Below are positions 1 to 11,668 of a stretch of DNA of 64,000 nt, in pieces (the first letter of the stretch is position 1; the number at the start of each line of letters is the position of its first letter). The position numbers and the translations under genes were made by a program. This DNA comes from Mobula hypostoma. Taxonomy: Eukaryota. Where the stretch lies: assembly GCF_963921235.1 (NCBI RefSeq), contig NC_086108.1:80416001-80480000 (forward strand). Reading direction: 5' to 3'. The notes beneath the pieces were generated by a model. The model searched no databases, had not been told where the DNA came from, and was given only the letters and a program-made list of their open reading frames with translations.

Positions 1-1436
1 GAGTGGCTCATGTTGTTCCGTTGTTTAAAAAAGGATCGAAAAATAATCCGGGAAATTATAGGCCAGTAGGTTTAACGTCGGTAGTAGGTAAGTTATTGGA
101 GGGAGTACTAAGAGACAGAATCTACAAGCATTTGGATAGACTGGGACTTATTAGGGAGAGTCAACATGGCTTTGTGCATGGTAGGTCATGTTTGACCAAT
201 CTGTTGGAGTTTTACGAGGAGGTTACCAGGAAAGTGGATGAAGGGAAGGCAGTGGATATTGTCTACATGGACTTCAGTAAGGCCTTTGACAAGGTCCCGC
301 GTGGGAGGTTAGTTAGGAAAATTCAGTCGCTAGGTATACATGGAGAGGTGGTAAATTGGATTAGACATTGGCTCAATGGAAGAAGCCAGAGAGTGGTGGT
401 AGAGAATTGCTTCTCTGAGTGGAGGCCTGTGACTAGTGGTGTGCCACAGGGATCAGTGCTGGGTCCATTGTTATTTGTCATCTATATCAATGATCTGGAT
501 GATAATGTGGTAAATTGGATCAACAAGTTTGCTGACGATACAAAGATTGGAGGTGTAGTAGACAGTGAGGAAGGTTTTCAGAGCCTGCAGAGGGACTTGA
601 ACCAGCTGGAAAAATGGGCTGAAAAATGGCAGATGGAGTTTAATACAGACAAGTGTGAGGTATTGCACGTTGGAAGGACAAACCAAGGTAGAACATACAG
701 GGTTAATGGTAAGGCACTGAGGAGTGCAGTGGAACAGAGGGATCTGGGAATACAGATACAAAATTCCCTAAAAGTGGCGTCACAGGTAGATAGGGTCGTA
801 AAGAGAGCTTTTGGTACATTGGCCTTTATTAATCAAAGTATTGAGTATAAGAACTGGAATGTTATGATGAGGTTGTATAAGGCATTGGTGAGGCCAAATC
901 TGGAATATTGTGTTCAGTTTTGGTCACCAAATTACAGGAAGGATATAAATAAGGTTGAAAGAGTGCAGAGAAGGATGTTGCCGGGACTTGAGAAACTCAG
1001 TTACAGAGAAAGGTTGAATAGGTTGGGACTTTATTCCCTGGAGCGTAGAAGAATGAGGGGAGATTTGATAGAGGTATATAAAATTATGATGGGTATAGAT
1101 AGAGTGAATGCAAGCAGGCTTTTTCCACTGAGGCAAGGGGAGAAAAAAACCAGACGACATGGGTTTAGGGTGAGGGGGGAAAAGTTTAAAGGGAACAATA
1201 GGGGGGGCTTCTTCACACAGAGAGTGGTGGGAGTATGGAAGGAGCTGCCAGACGAGGTGGTAAATGCGGGTTCTTTTTTAACATTTAAGAATAGATTGGA
1301 CAGATACATGGATGGGAGGTGTATGGAGGGATATGGTCCGTGTGCAGGTCAGTGGGACTAGGCAGAAAATGGTTCGGCACAGCCAAGAAGGGCCAAAAGG
1401 CCTGTTTCTGTGCTGTAGTTTCTATGGTTTCTATGG
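1..1436 (+). mobile_element. CR1-clade LINE, 3' part (ORF2 reverse transcriptase 3..1361 plus 3' UTR), cut by window start
   Basis: 452-aa ORF with NYRPVGLTS, QHGF, MDFSKAFDKV, GVPQGSVLGPLLF, KFADDTK and RPNLEYCVQFWSP motifs; ends in a (TTTCTATGG)n tail. Confidence 0.97.
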
Positions 1437-1929
1437 TGTGGTAAGTTAACTTTCTGCACCTTCCTGAGAATCAAAATACATTGAGATAGCATGTTTATCA
1501 TTATGCTATCTCAAGAGGAAACCTTCAGGAAATTTTAATACTACAGAAAGCAATGTGTAATTTGAAGTCATATTGAGTTTCTGCTGCAATATTTACGAGG
1601 TATGCAAAAGTGGGAGCACCTGATTAAAATTCCATCCCTAACTCATAACATAACATACATAATGTTATGTAGACTTTAAAAGGCACTACAAGTTTGCTCA
1701 CTAAATCACATTGTAAACATTAAATAAAATTGTACTATTGATTTGGGATTTGAGTAGTTCTTTCATTAACTGTTTTAAACTCTTTGCTGTTGCAAAATAG
1801 CCTTGAGGATCAAGAGAAAACATTGAACGAATAGCATTACTTTCTGATGTTATATTAAGGGAAAAGGACCAAGTCAAAATAGATAACAGCAAATGGCTAT
1901 TGTTAGCTCAGTTGGACAACCACTATAGA

Positions 1930-2590
1930 ATAAGTTTAGAGAGGTCACCATTTGTGAAGCCAAGCCATGAAAATAATCCTTGAGGGCTCTGTTTGATTCT
2001 AGCTTCCTGAGCTTTACATACCTTTCCTTTATATTCTTTACTAATTTCACCACTTCCATCAACATCCAAAGTTCTCTTACTTTGTCATCCTTGTCCTTTC
2101 TTCTGACTGGAACGTACCTGTCCTGTACTCCGGGCAGTTGGTCTTTAAACAGCTTTCACACGTCAGATGTGGACATGCCCAAAAACAGCTATTCCCAACG
2201 AACTCTCCCTAGTTCCTGCCTAATGCTCTTGTAATTTGCACTGCTCCAGTTTAATACTTTCCCACAAGGTCCATGCTTATACCTACCTATAACTATCTTA
2301 GAACTGAAGAAATTGTGGTCACTATTCCCTAACTGCTCACCACTGAAAGATTGGTCACCTGGCCAGGCTCATTAACCAAGACCAGATCCACTATAGCCCC
2401 TTCTCTTGCTGGACTATCTATATATTGATTTAAAAAATCCTCCTAAATGCACCGAACAAACTATGCCCCATCTAATCCATTTGCACTAAGAAGGTCCCAG
2501 TTTATATTAGGAAAGTTGAAATATCCCTGTGACAGCAACCCTATTATTTTTACACCTTTCCTTAATCTGCCTGCATATCTGTTCCTGGTG
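1930..2590 (-). mobile_element. Degraded CR1 ORF2 fragment (endonuclease region)
   Basis: Minus strand reads EQICRQIKERCKNNRVAV..FNFPNINW, like the endonuclease region of the CR1 ORF at 40282-41073; frameshifted. Confidence 0.75.
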
Positions 2591-2592
2591 GC

Positions 2593-2753
2593 TACCTAAT
2601 AATACAGTGGCCACTGAGTCTACGTTCATGGTCTTCTGCTGCTGTGGCCTCTTGAACATGTCTGCGTGCTTTTATACAATGAGTTGCTGCCACATGATTG
2701 GCTGATTAGATATTTGCATTAATGTGTACCTAATTACGTGGACACCGAGTGTA
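2593..2753 (-). mobile_element. Internally deleted non-autonomous Tc1/mariner element
   Basis: Minus strand starts TA-CACTCGGTGTCCACGTAATTAGGTACAC, a Tc1-type terminus next to TA; a second copy of the motif (ACTCAGTGGCCACT..TATTAGGTA) lies at the other end. Confidence 0.7.
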
Positions 2754-4237
2754 CTGCCATCTACACCTCCGGCAATAGGAAGCTTGGGGATAAGAGGCAC
2801 ATGAGGGTGATGCAGTGTGCACTTACTGTCCCTTTTTCCTTCATCCACATCTGATCTTGTAAAACTAATCCTGCTTACATAGCCTTATAAAGAAAAACAT
2901 TGTAGTTGAAATATTAAGTATAGAACTCAATATAAATTCAATGTAAAATTTGGATAGAAAGAAAAGTTTAAAATAATTCACTTGATTAAGACAAGGCTGG
3001 TCTGAAAAGTCATAATTTTACCAATATCCACAAGTTGACAAGTTATGATAATTATAAGATAAATACAATCAATGCATTGATTATTGCACTAATGTTGTTA
3101 CCTGAACTTTTATTTACCTTTTCAATAGTTTCTGCCTTGGATAATTTCTGCGCTCTCATTGCAAAGTCAACATCTCCAAAGGCTGGAGCTAGAATATGGT
3201 TCACTCCTGAGTACTTGCCAACCTCGTCACAGAAAGTAGACACTAATACAAAGAGCAGCACAATCTCTACAGCCAGAAAATTGCAGCACTATTTATTGTT
3301 TAAAGAATGGAATAATGATATTAATTTAATTATCTTGTTGCAATGAATCCCATGCAGTGTCCTGTGGGTGTCCCCTCTGGATAATCTCCTGCATCAGGAA
3401 GAGTAGGCTGAAGGAGAGCTCATCATATACATTGCATTCACCCTGCAACAAAGAGAAGTCACGTTTACTTGAAAACCCACATTCAGAACATTATAATAAA
3501 AAAGATAGGCCGAGAATGCTGTATTACTTTCTTGGTTGGCATGCAACACTCTGCTCAAAGTCTCAGTATCAATGGTCACCTGTGTGTGTTCCTCTAAGGT
3601 AAACCGATAGCCCACCTCATCCTCTCATGAGCACTCAGGAAACGTGTCTCTGTGTTTTCTAGCCTTCACATGTGTGAAGGTACACCAGTACTGTTATTAA
3701 AGATGCCTTCAATGCACTTACTGTTTTGTAGCAACAGCTGAATGCATTTGTATGAATCCTTAGTGGATGCAAGCAGCAGTACTTACATCAGCACTTGATT
3801 ACAACAAGGCAATGTTATTCCACTTTCCTTTTAATGGTGAAATAGATAATTGGTGATTTTAAAATAAACTATTATTTACATGTAATCTTGAAATCTTGCT
3901 TCCTCATCCCTGAAAAACTGGAATCTCTAGTTCAAACCAGCTTGTGTAGCAGCATTAATGAGTGTCCCCACTGAGGAATACAATGGATTCAGTCAGTGAT
4001 TAAAATGTAACATGGCGCTGCACTTTGTATCAGGATGCATCTCTGCTGAAAGTCGAATTCCTGTCTCGATACACTGAATTCGACAGAGTGGATTCTATGG
4101 GTATCCTTACAAAATAGATCTTGATTTTTTAGCTACGGAGATATATCACTATCAATATTTACTGAGGAAATGATAAGCAAAATCGGTATTAAAGATGTGG
4201 ACTTTGAAATAAAGGAGTCTGAACATTTCCCAATGAG

Positions 4238-4367
4238 AGACAATAGACAATAGGTGCAGGAGTAGGCCATTCGGCCGTTTGAGGCAGCACTGGCATTCAC
4301 TGTGATCATGGCTGATCACCCACAATCAGTACCCCGTTCCTGCCTTATCCCCATAACCTTTGACTCC
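4238..4367 (-). mobile_element. Short 5'-truncated CR1 3' end
   Basis: Near-identical to the 3' UTR of the CR1 at 39485-39610, with a (GACAATA)n tail as read on the plus strand. Confidence 0.85.
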
Positions 4368-4526
4368 GGGAGGAATTAATTTTAAGCAGATTTATCAAAT
4401 GCAATTAATCAACAAAATGCCGCATCAACTGCACGTTGAATAAACAACATAAATGCAATATCCTAACATTAGACAGTGTGCTGAAGATCTAGATCTGAAA
4501 TTCTTGGCCATTTATCCCACTGTCAC

Positions 4527-4995
4527 CTATGTCACCTCAAACAGCCTCTGATACCAAGTCCAGCTCCTGGCCTTCACGTGTGGTTTAGCTACTAAGCCTG
4601 GCAGTATGGAGAAGGGGCAAAGGCAGGTTACTGGCGCTTTGGGCAGATGGGGCTCGTCAGCCATGGTTGGCAGCTCATCTAGGTGAAGGAAAACTCTGAC
4701 CTCAAACCTCCGCTGCCTTGCAGCTATACCCACTCACGGGGAAGGTTTCGGGAGTAAATCCAGAGCTGGAGTCCCTAAGGCAGTACTACATTGAGTTCAA
4801 TGCTGACTGGCAACCCCTGTGACTTGCTGGTGCCAAACCGTATTAGTTTCAGCTGTTCCTTTGAGTTCATCAGATGTGTGGAGAAGGGGAGCTTGCTGCA
4901 TGGGCAACAGCTTGCTCTCCGTATCGTACTGCTTTGGATTATGTATCTCGTCAGCTAGGATGCAACATCCATGGACAACTCTGAGCGACGGAGGC
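4527..4995 (+). mobile_element. Interspersed repeat resembling an RTE-LINE 5' region
   Basis: GC-rich non-coding block containing GGAAAACTCTGACCTCAAACC, which I recall from RTE 5' regions; lies just upstream of an RTE RT fragment. Confidence 0.45.
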
Positions 4996-5212
4996 CCTCA
5001 CTCGCTCATCTGTGTACTGCTATTCCCAGCTTAGGGCCTCAGGTTCTGGTGCTCGTTTTATCTGGGTGATCATGAGAACTACTTTTTGTCTGCTAGGTGG
5101 ATGCACGCCATCCCCTCTTTCACATTCAAAAGAATAAAAGAGTAATGTAATCTACCAAGAGTCTAGGTCCTGAAAAATCACAGCCTCCTGTATTACTTTA
5201 CATGCAGTACAG

Positions 5213-6381
5213 TTGGGGACTGTAAAAGAAACAAGAAACACAATATTGATGTTAAGGATACTATCAGAACAAGCTATTCAAGTGCAAAAAGATTCGTTTG
5301 TTTATTTTATCGACTACACAAAAGCATTTGATAAAGTGAAGCACAATAAGTTATTTGAAATATTACAGAAAACTCTAGATCTAGATTCACAAGACCTCCA
5401 CCTAATCTGTACTGGGAACAAACTGTCGTTGTAAGAATAGATGGAGAAGTGAGTCAGTTTATGAAAATCAAGAGAGGCGTTAGACAAGGGTGTGCTTTCT
5501 CCCCTGATTTATTTAATATATACAGTGAAACAATATTAAAAAAAATAAGAGACATCTTGGGAATCAAAGTTGGCGGTGAGAACATCAATAATTTCAGATA
5601 TGCAGATGACACTGTGTAAATTGCAAGTACGGAGGAAGAACTACAAAACTTAATTGATGTAATTGCTGAAGAAAGTGCAAAAATGGGCCTATCTATCAAT
5701 GGCAAAAAGACAGAATGTATGGTGATATCCAAAAAGAAGGAGAATCCTATCTGCAGGCTGAGAATAAATGGGGAAGACATAAAACAAGTACAGAACTTTT
5801 GTTACTTAAGAAGCTAGTTGACATCAGATGGCAGGTGCGACTTGGACATCAAAAGAAGAATAACGATGGCAAAAGACACCTTTACGAGAATGAAGAGTAT
5901 ACTGACCAATACTAAACTAGGCATCACAACCCGCCTCAAAGTACTGAAATGTTACGTTTATCCGGTTATGTTATATGGCTCAGAATGTTGGACAATATCT
6001 AGTAACATGAGGAAACGAATTGTAGCAGCAGAGATGTGGTTTTTGAGGAGGATGCAAAGAATATCATGGACGAAACGAATATCTAACGAGGATGGCATGA
6101 ACAGAGCAAACACAAAAAGAGAAATAATGTATGAGATCGTGAAAAGGCAACGTAACTTCATTGGACATGTGATTAGGAAAGAGGAGTTAGAATGCATGGT
6201 AATTAAGGGAAAGATTGAAGGGAAGAAAGCAAGAGGAGGACAAAGACAAATGATGATGGAGACAGCAGCCAGAGAACTGGAAATGAATACCAATGAATTG
6301 ATCCACTTGACCTGAAACAGGAGTGTGTGGGCCATGGCAGTCAAAGCTCAAACTGGGCCTGGTGCCTGATGATGATGATGA
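5213..6381 (+). mobile_element. RTE-clade LINE, degraded RT and C-terminus
   Basis: FIDYTKAFDKV, RGVRQGCAFSPDLFNIY, GGENINNFRYADDT and YGSECWT motifs split over frameshifts; (GAT)n tail at about 6368-6381. Confidence 0.93.
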
Positions 6382-6409
6382 CAGTTGGGGAGTTGGGTGG
6401 TTGGAGGAG

Positions 6410-7006
6410 ATCCTAAATTAGGGAGCTGTGCTGTAATGTTGCAGCTGTGCAAAACTCTGATTCGTCCTCCCTTGGAATATTATGTTCACCTCTGGCCGCT
6501 TCATTATAGGAAGGATGTGGTAGCTTTCGAGGCTGCAGGGGAGATTCACCAGGGTGCTGCCTGGATTACAGAGCATGTCCTATGAGGATAGTTTGACGGA
6601 GCTGGAGCTTTACTTTTTGAAGTGAAGGGGGATGGGAGGTGTCTTGATGGAGGCCTCTAAGATGATAAAAGGCATAGCTCAAATGGGTAACTAGAGAACC
6701 AGATACTTTTTTTCCCAGAAGTAATGGCTTATTTTAAGGTGATTGGAGGAAATTATAGGGAGGATGTCAGAGATAAGTTTTTTTTAACGTAGAGTGGTGG
6801 GTTTGTGGAATGCCCTGTCAGTGATGGTGGTTGAAGCAGATACATTAGGGGCATTTAAGAAGCACTTAGATGGGCACAAGGCTGGTAGAACTATGGAGGG
6901 ATATGTAAGAGAGCAGGGTTAGATTGATCTTGAAGTAGGTTAAAAGTTTGACACAATATTGTGGGCTGAAGGGCCTGTACTGTGCTTTAATGTTCTATGT
7001 TCTATG
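6410..7006 (+). mobile_element. Degraded CR1 3' fragment
   Basis: LIRPPLEYYVHLWPLHYRKDV remnant and (GTTCTAT)n tail. Confidence 0.85.
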
Positions 7007-7577
7007 GCAGAAGTGTTCATGTCTGAGCTTAGTCAATGAATTGTTCACTTCAGAGTTTCTGAAGTCATTTTCAGAATTTTAAGTATTACACAAATCAACA
7101 AAGTTAAGATGTTATTAAAACCCCATTGTTACTTTGAAAACATCGAGAGTCAAATTCCATAATATACATGAAAGTGGCACCTTACCAGCGATGGCACTCG
7201 ACGACTGGGAACATGGTTTCAATCGCTGGCCAATGTAAATCTCTAGAGCTTCCTAAACCTTAAGTAAGGTTATTTCTTCCCCTTGACCAGATATCCCACA
7301 TCTTTTGTCAACCCTGGTTCCTTCACCATTCTTTCAGCTTCCATTGGAGCAAGTAATGAACCGCAAAACGATGCCAAATCAATACCAGAGATGGTGAATT
7401 TAGAATTTATAACTTCAGAGTTCAGGAGAGATGATAAGCAATTACTTTGGTGTTCTAAAAGATTTGTTCCAGCAATCCAGTTTTTGGGTGAATTGGACTT
7501 GGTTTGTGTGTAGGCTGATCACTGAGTACATCCAGTCCAAGTGAAAGAAGACAGGCAGGCAATTTAGCTAAAAAAAA

Positions 7578-7770
7578 AACATATTGTTGAAGGAATTCAA
7601 TGTGTCAGGAAGTATCCATACAGGGGAATGGACAGTCGACATTTCCTGTATAGATGCTTTATCTGGATGTCCAACCTGAACCATTGATTGTCCATTTTCT
7701 TCCACAGAAGGAGTTCCTCCTACAGCTTGTATTTTGCTCCAGATTCCAGCACCTGTAGCCTCTAGCATCT
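7578..7770. mobile_element. Degenerate Penelope-like terminal repeat with inverted arms
   Basis: Diverged matches to the PLE-end motifs elsewhere in the window (GGAATTCAATGTGTCAGGAAGTATC, CAGATTCCAGCACCTGTAG). Confidence 0.55.
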
Positions 7771-8986
7771 CCATGCAAGTTAGCTACACGTAGGAAATTG
7801 GATCTAAAATGCAAACGAGTTCTGGCTGGGCATTGACGTGAACTTGTATACATAGCAAGGGTGGGAGTTTCATGAGTCCAGACCTTGAGTATAAATAGTT
7901 GAAATGCAGGTTTGCTGGGAAATAGGAATTACTTAGCATAAGTGCTTCCATTCCAATCAGCAAGGTGTTTTAATTATTGAATGCAAGGGCATATAATCTT
8001 TGTAAGTGCGGCTAAACAAAATGAATGATTATTAATCAAGATATTAGACTGAAACTTTTTTTTAACATATTGAATTGAAACTTTGAACAGCTGCCAAATG
8101 CTCCACTGTGGAAAGTGCTATGTGTGACCAGAAAATTAAGGAAGTGCAATTAGAAAAACGCACATTAAAGTTGAGGACGTCTTCTGTGAGCATCAATACA
8201 GATAGAATGTGTCATCCACTGCAATCAGCAAAAAGCAAGCCTACTATCAAAATGGCTGATTACATGACAAAATCATTTCTACTAGGGAAAGCCTGAGTGA
8301 AAGTATTGAAGATGAATTGGAACACTAAATACAAAAACTTCATGAATGTTTTTTAAAATAGGATTCTGGAGCAATGTGAATTTATATTTTAGGATTCATA
8401 CTGTTAAAATAAAGGCCGCTACGTGCACATACATATCAAACAGAGCCAATCTTTTACAGATCTATATGAGTACTATATATACTGAAAGCACAGACTGAAA
8501 AAAACAAACTCAAACAAAGTTGAACAATAGCTATTGTTCTGTTGCAGTTTATAAAAATATCCAGAGGTTCTTGAAATAAAATGGGCAGTTATGCTAGACC
8601 GTTGGCCGCACATATTTTCACTCTTAATTTATTCGATATGATGATACATAATTCACTGAGCTGGTTACCTTTTTATCAATGGTTAACAGCTAATTTTCAA
8701 AGTCACAGGATTGTCCTGTTTTGGTTGAAGACTTCAGTACTTCATTTCTAGACAATTTCCTGCATACAAGTATGTCCTGAAACTTTTCTATGATTTTCTG
8801 ATCAACAAACAAAAGCGATAAAGGACATTTTTGAAGCTGAGAAACAGAATTAATGTTTCAGTTGATGAACTCTCTGCAAATATGCTGCAAACAACAGGAA
8901 TTCTGCAGATGCTGGAAATTCAAGCAACATACATCAAAGTTGCTGGTGAACGCAGCAGGCCAAGCAGCATCTATAGGAAGAGGCGC

Positions 8987-9022
8987 AGTCGACGTTTCAG
9001 GCCGAGACCCTTCGTCAGGACT
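8987..9022 (-). ncRNA. Minimal type-I hammerhead ribozyme motif (PLE-associated)
   Basis: Minus strand: AGTC-CTGACGA-A-GGGTCTCGGCCT-GAAAC-GTC-GACT; stem I AGTC/GACT, core CUGANGA/GAAA, GUC cleavage triplet. Confidence 0.8.
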
Positions 9023-9087
9023 AACTGAAGGAAGAGTGAGTAGGGGATTTGAAGCTTTAAAATCCCTTACTCACTCTTCCTTCAGTT

Positions 9088-9123
9088 AGTCCTGACGAAG
9101 GGTCTCGGCCAGAAACGTCGACT
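9088..9123 (+). ncRNA. Minimal type-I hammerhead ribozyme motif (PLE-associated)
   Basis: AGTC-CTGACGA-A-GGGTCTCGGCCA-GAAAC-GTC-GACT; basal pair of stem II mismatched (G/A). Confidence 0.75.
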
Positions 9124-9552
9124 GCGCCTCTTCCTATAGATGCTGCTTGGCCTGCTGCGTTCACCAGCAACTTTGATGTATGCTGCAAATATGCTGCTTG
9201 AGTTGCTGAGTATATCCAGTAACTTTTTATTTTTATTTATATTTCCAGCATCTGCAGATTTTTTTTCTTTTCAAAGTAATAGAGAGGCAATATTAGAATT
9301 TGGATCCCCTGCCACTGATGTTGGTATTTAAATAATTTTTGAAAAGAGACACTTCAAAAGGTATGGAACATGACCAACTGACAGGTTGATGTTAAAAAGC
9401 CCTACGGAACTGATGGAATAGCAAACCCCTTTCTGTGCTGTATCATATGACTTTATGAGAAGGATTATCAAATCAGTGTCCTGTCCGGAGCTTGAAAATT
9501 GATGTCATAAAGGGAACAAATTCATCTGTTTGATGTGCTGATTAGGGTGTAT

Positions 9553-9735
9553 GGGGTGTCCAGGGAGGGGGAGTACCTCTGGTGAAATAGCCTGTCATGT
9601 CCATTCTGGGACAGCTCACTCCCTTTGGGTTCTACCGGGCACTCAACTCTCACCTGTGGCTCCAAGTAGCAGTTTGCACATGACAGCAGTCACACCCTGA
9701 TCAACCGTTTTGGCAGACGGGCTAAACCAGGTGAG
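9553..9735 (+). ncRNA. HDV-like self-cleaving ribozyme fold
   Basis: P1 GGGGTGT 9553-9559 / ACACCCT 9692-9698 (G-U first pair); P2 CTCACCTG 9649-9656 / CAGGTGAG 9728-9735; P3 GGC/GTC; L3 starts TCCAAG; P4 CCGTTT/AGACGG; J4/2 GCTAAAC. Confidence 0.7.
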
Positions 9736-10030
9736 GATAGCCAAGGGGCCTCATACCCCAGTGAAATAGGAAATGCCTGTCCTAGCAGGTGAAGTCGGCT
9801 CTGGCGGACTGGGCGGATGAGATCAACAGTTAGATCCAACACTGAGAAGGCAGTTCTGCAACACTTCGTGGAGATTCAAGGGCATGACAAGGCACAGAAG
9901 AAGTCATGGTCATCCACTGCAACCAAAGGAGATTCCAGTTTGTGACAACTACTCATACCACTGGACTCAGAGATCAAGAGAATGGAACTGCCCTAGTGCG
10001 ATGGCTTTTCCACTTCAAACACTCCCCCGC
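9553..10030 (+). mobile_element. Interspersed repeat, probable RTE-type 5' UTR or non-autonomous derivative
   Basis: GC-rich non-coding block in AT-rich DNA that begins with an HDV-like ribozyme fold; such ribozymes are known at RTE 5' ends. Confidence 0.55.
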
Positions 10031-11286
10031 ACAAGTCTCCTGCCATCATCCAGGGTACGATGGATGTGCTGATCATTACACGTTGGTCTATAACACAACA
10101 TTCCCTGAAGTGCACAATTCAAATTTAGTTTTCCATTTAGAAGAAATGACCGCTTACTCACTCCCCTATCCTTTGCTTTGTTATCGAGCAGCTGATAGTA
10201 AATAAAATTGCAGCTTCCAGATGCAACAAAAAAATGATCAATTGTTAACTCAAGAAAATACAGCACATTACACCTATTTTTGCAGTGTTTATGTGTAACT
10301 TACTCACAGATATACAGTACCACTGGCTGAAATTGCTCTTTCTCCAGTGAATAGTCTGATTAAATATTAAAGTTGAAAAACAATGCTCAATTTCCCTTTT
10401 TGTTTTAGTTTTGGAGAGGTTCCTCCATTTCACTTTTACTCTGAATCAGAAATATAATTTAATGAGGATCATGACTTAAACACCAGCTGTCAGATCTTCC
10501 CAGTCCTGTTCGAGAAACAGGGATTGAGATAATGGATTGTTGCATGGCGACTCCCCCTCTGACAACACACAACCCCCAATTACTGGCATCCAGTCAATGG
10601 AATTCCACAGTACGCTGGAACTGAAATTGGCACGTTGCTAAGAGAGTCAGAAGAGAGAAAATGGGAACAACCATTCTATATAGTATCACGAGCAATATTA
10701 AACACACTGAGCAGCAGCACTACGTTCATAAACAGTGACCCAATTTAAACATTCTCTGGCAAAATCCCAGTTGATTTATCTAAAATAGGTAGATTTACCT
10801 AGCGCAGGTCATTTTAAATAAACTGTTGCATTGTTACCTTATTCTGCTCAGATTGATACATTCCAGTGTCTTGATGATTAATCGCAGAGAGAGGCAGTTC
10901 AATAAGACCTGAATTTATAAAGCAAAATAATATTTGCATATATTAATCACTAAAATCCAGATACAATTCATTACAACCCAGGCAACCAATGTAAAACAAT
11001 GTCACCTAAAGATAAATCCTGCTTTGATAATTGGATCTTAACAATGGGGTACATGAACTGCAAGGTACAAATTTTATTCCATATAAGGGCACTTCCACAT
11101 ATGCTAAAAGTAAATGGCAAAAGTCTTTTTCGGTATATCTGCCCATCCAGATTACCACACTAACATTAATGAATCTACAAAAAGTTAGAAAATCAAATAA
11201 ATCAGTAACAATCCCTGCAATTGTAGCAAGGTAAACAACCTCAGACACTCTTCTTTTAAAAAGAAAAATAATGCATATATGCTGCA

Positions 11287-11379
11287 CTCACAACACACTG
11301 GAGGAACTCAGCAGGTCGGGCAGCATCCGTGGAAACGATGAGTCGACGTTTCGGGCCGGAACCCTTCGTCAGGACTGGG
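11287..11379 (-). mobile_element. Short Penelope-like terminal fragment with TSD
   Basis: CTGGAGGAACTCAGCAGGTCGGGCAGCATC motif; flanked by ATATATGCTGCA (11275-11286) and ATACATGCTGCA (11380-11391). Confidence 0.85.
11341..11376 (-). ncRNA. Minimal type-I hammerhead ribozyme motif
   Basis: Minus strand: AGTC-CTGACGA-A-GGGTTCCGGCCC-GAAAC-GTC-GACT; all stems intact. Confidence 0.82.
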
Positions 11380-11487
11380 ATACATGCTGCATTTTTTCAT
11401 CTATTGATTCCATTTCATCCATATATTTACCATAGATCATAGCAATTTGCACCTGCCATTGTGGTAGATCGATGTGTGTTCCTCTTT

Positions 11488-11668
11488 TTCCATTCAACCC
11501 ATCGAGTCTGTTCTGCCATTTCATCATGGCTGATCCATTATCCCTCTCAACCCCATTCTCCTGCCTTCTCCCGTAACTTTTCATGCCCTAACTAATCAAG
11601 AACCTATCAACCATCACCTTAAATATAGCAGTGACCTGGCTTCCACAGCTGCCTGTGGCAACAAATTG
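11488..11668 (-). mobile_element. CR1 3' end fragment
   Basis: Reverse complement of the CR1 terminus (..KSYGRRQENG.., GATCAGCCATGATG). Confidence 0.8.

Larger units (their letters stand above)
8889..9182. mobile_element. Palindromic Penelope-like mini-element with 15-bp TSD
   Basis: Inverted arms span 8928-9182 with centre at about 9055; direct repeat CTGCAAATATGCTGC at 8874-8888 and 9183-9197; homologous to the PLE end at 32220-32340. Confidence 0.9.

Noticed and set aside
1481..1514. Perfect 12-bp hairpin TTGAGATAGCAT/ATGCTATCTCAA (smaller ones at about 3663 and 4052)
   Set aside because: Too short for a pre-miRNA and without TSD or family evidence; no function can be supported.
1701..1892. 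63-aa minus-strand ORF as a possible host exon
   Set aside because: No convincing splice boundaries or recognisable homology; adjoins a degraded CR1.
4560..4630. Possible second HDV-like ribozyme (CTCCTG-GCC-TTCACGT-GT-GGT) at the head of the RTE-like repeat
   Set aside because: A P3/L3-like segment is present, but I find no P1 partner, P4, J4/2 or full P2 3' strand in this copy; only a family consensus could test it.
7830..7960. Promoter-like cluster (TGACGTGA, GGGTGGG, TATAAAT, CCAAT)
   Set aside because: Short motifs expected by chance; no CpG island or supported downstream exon on that strand.
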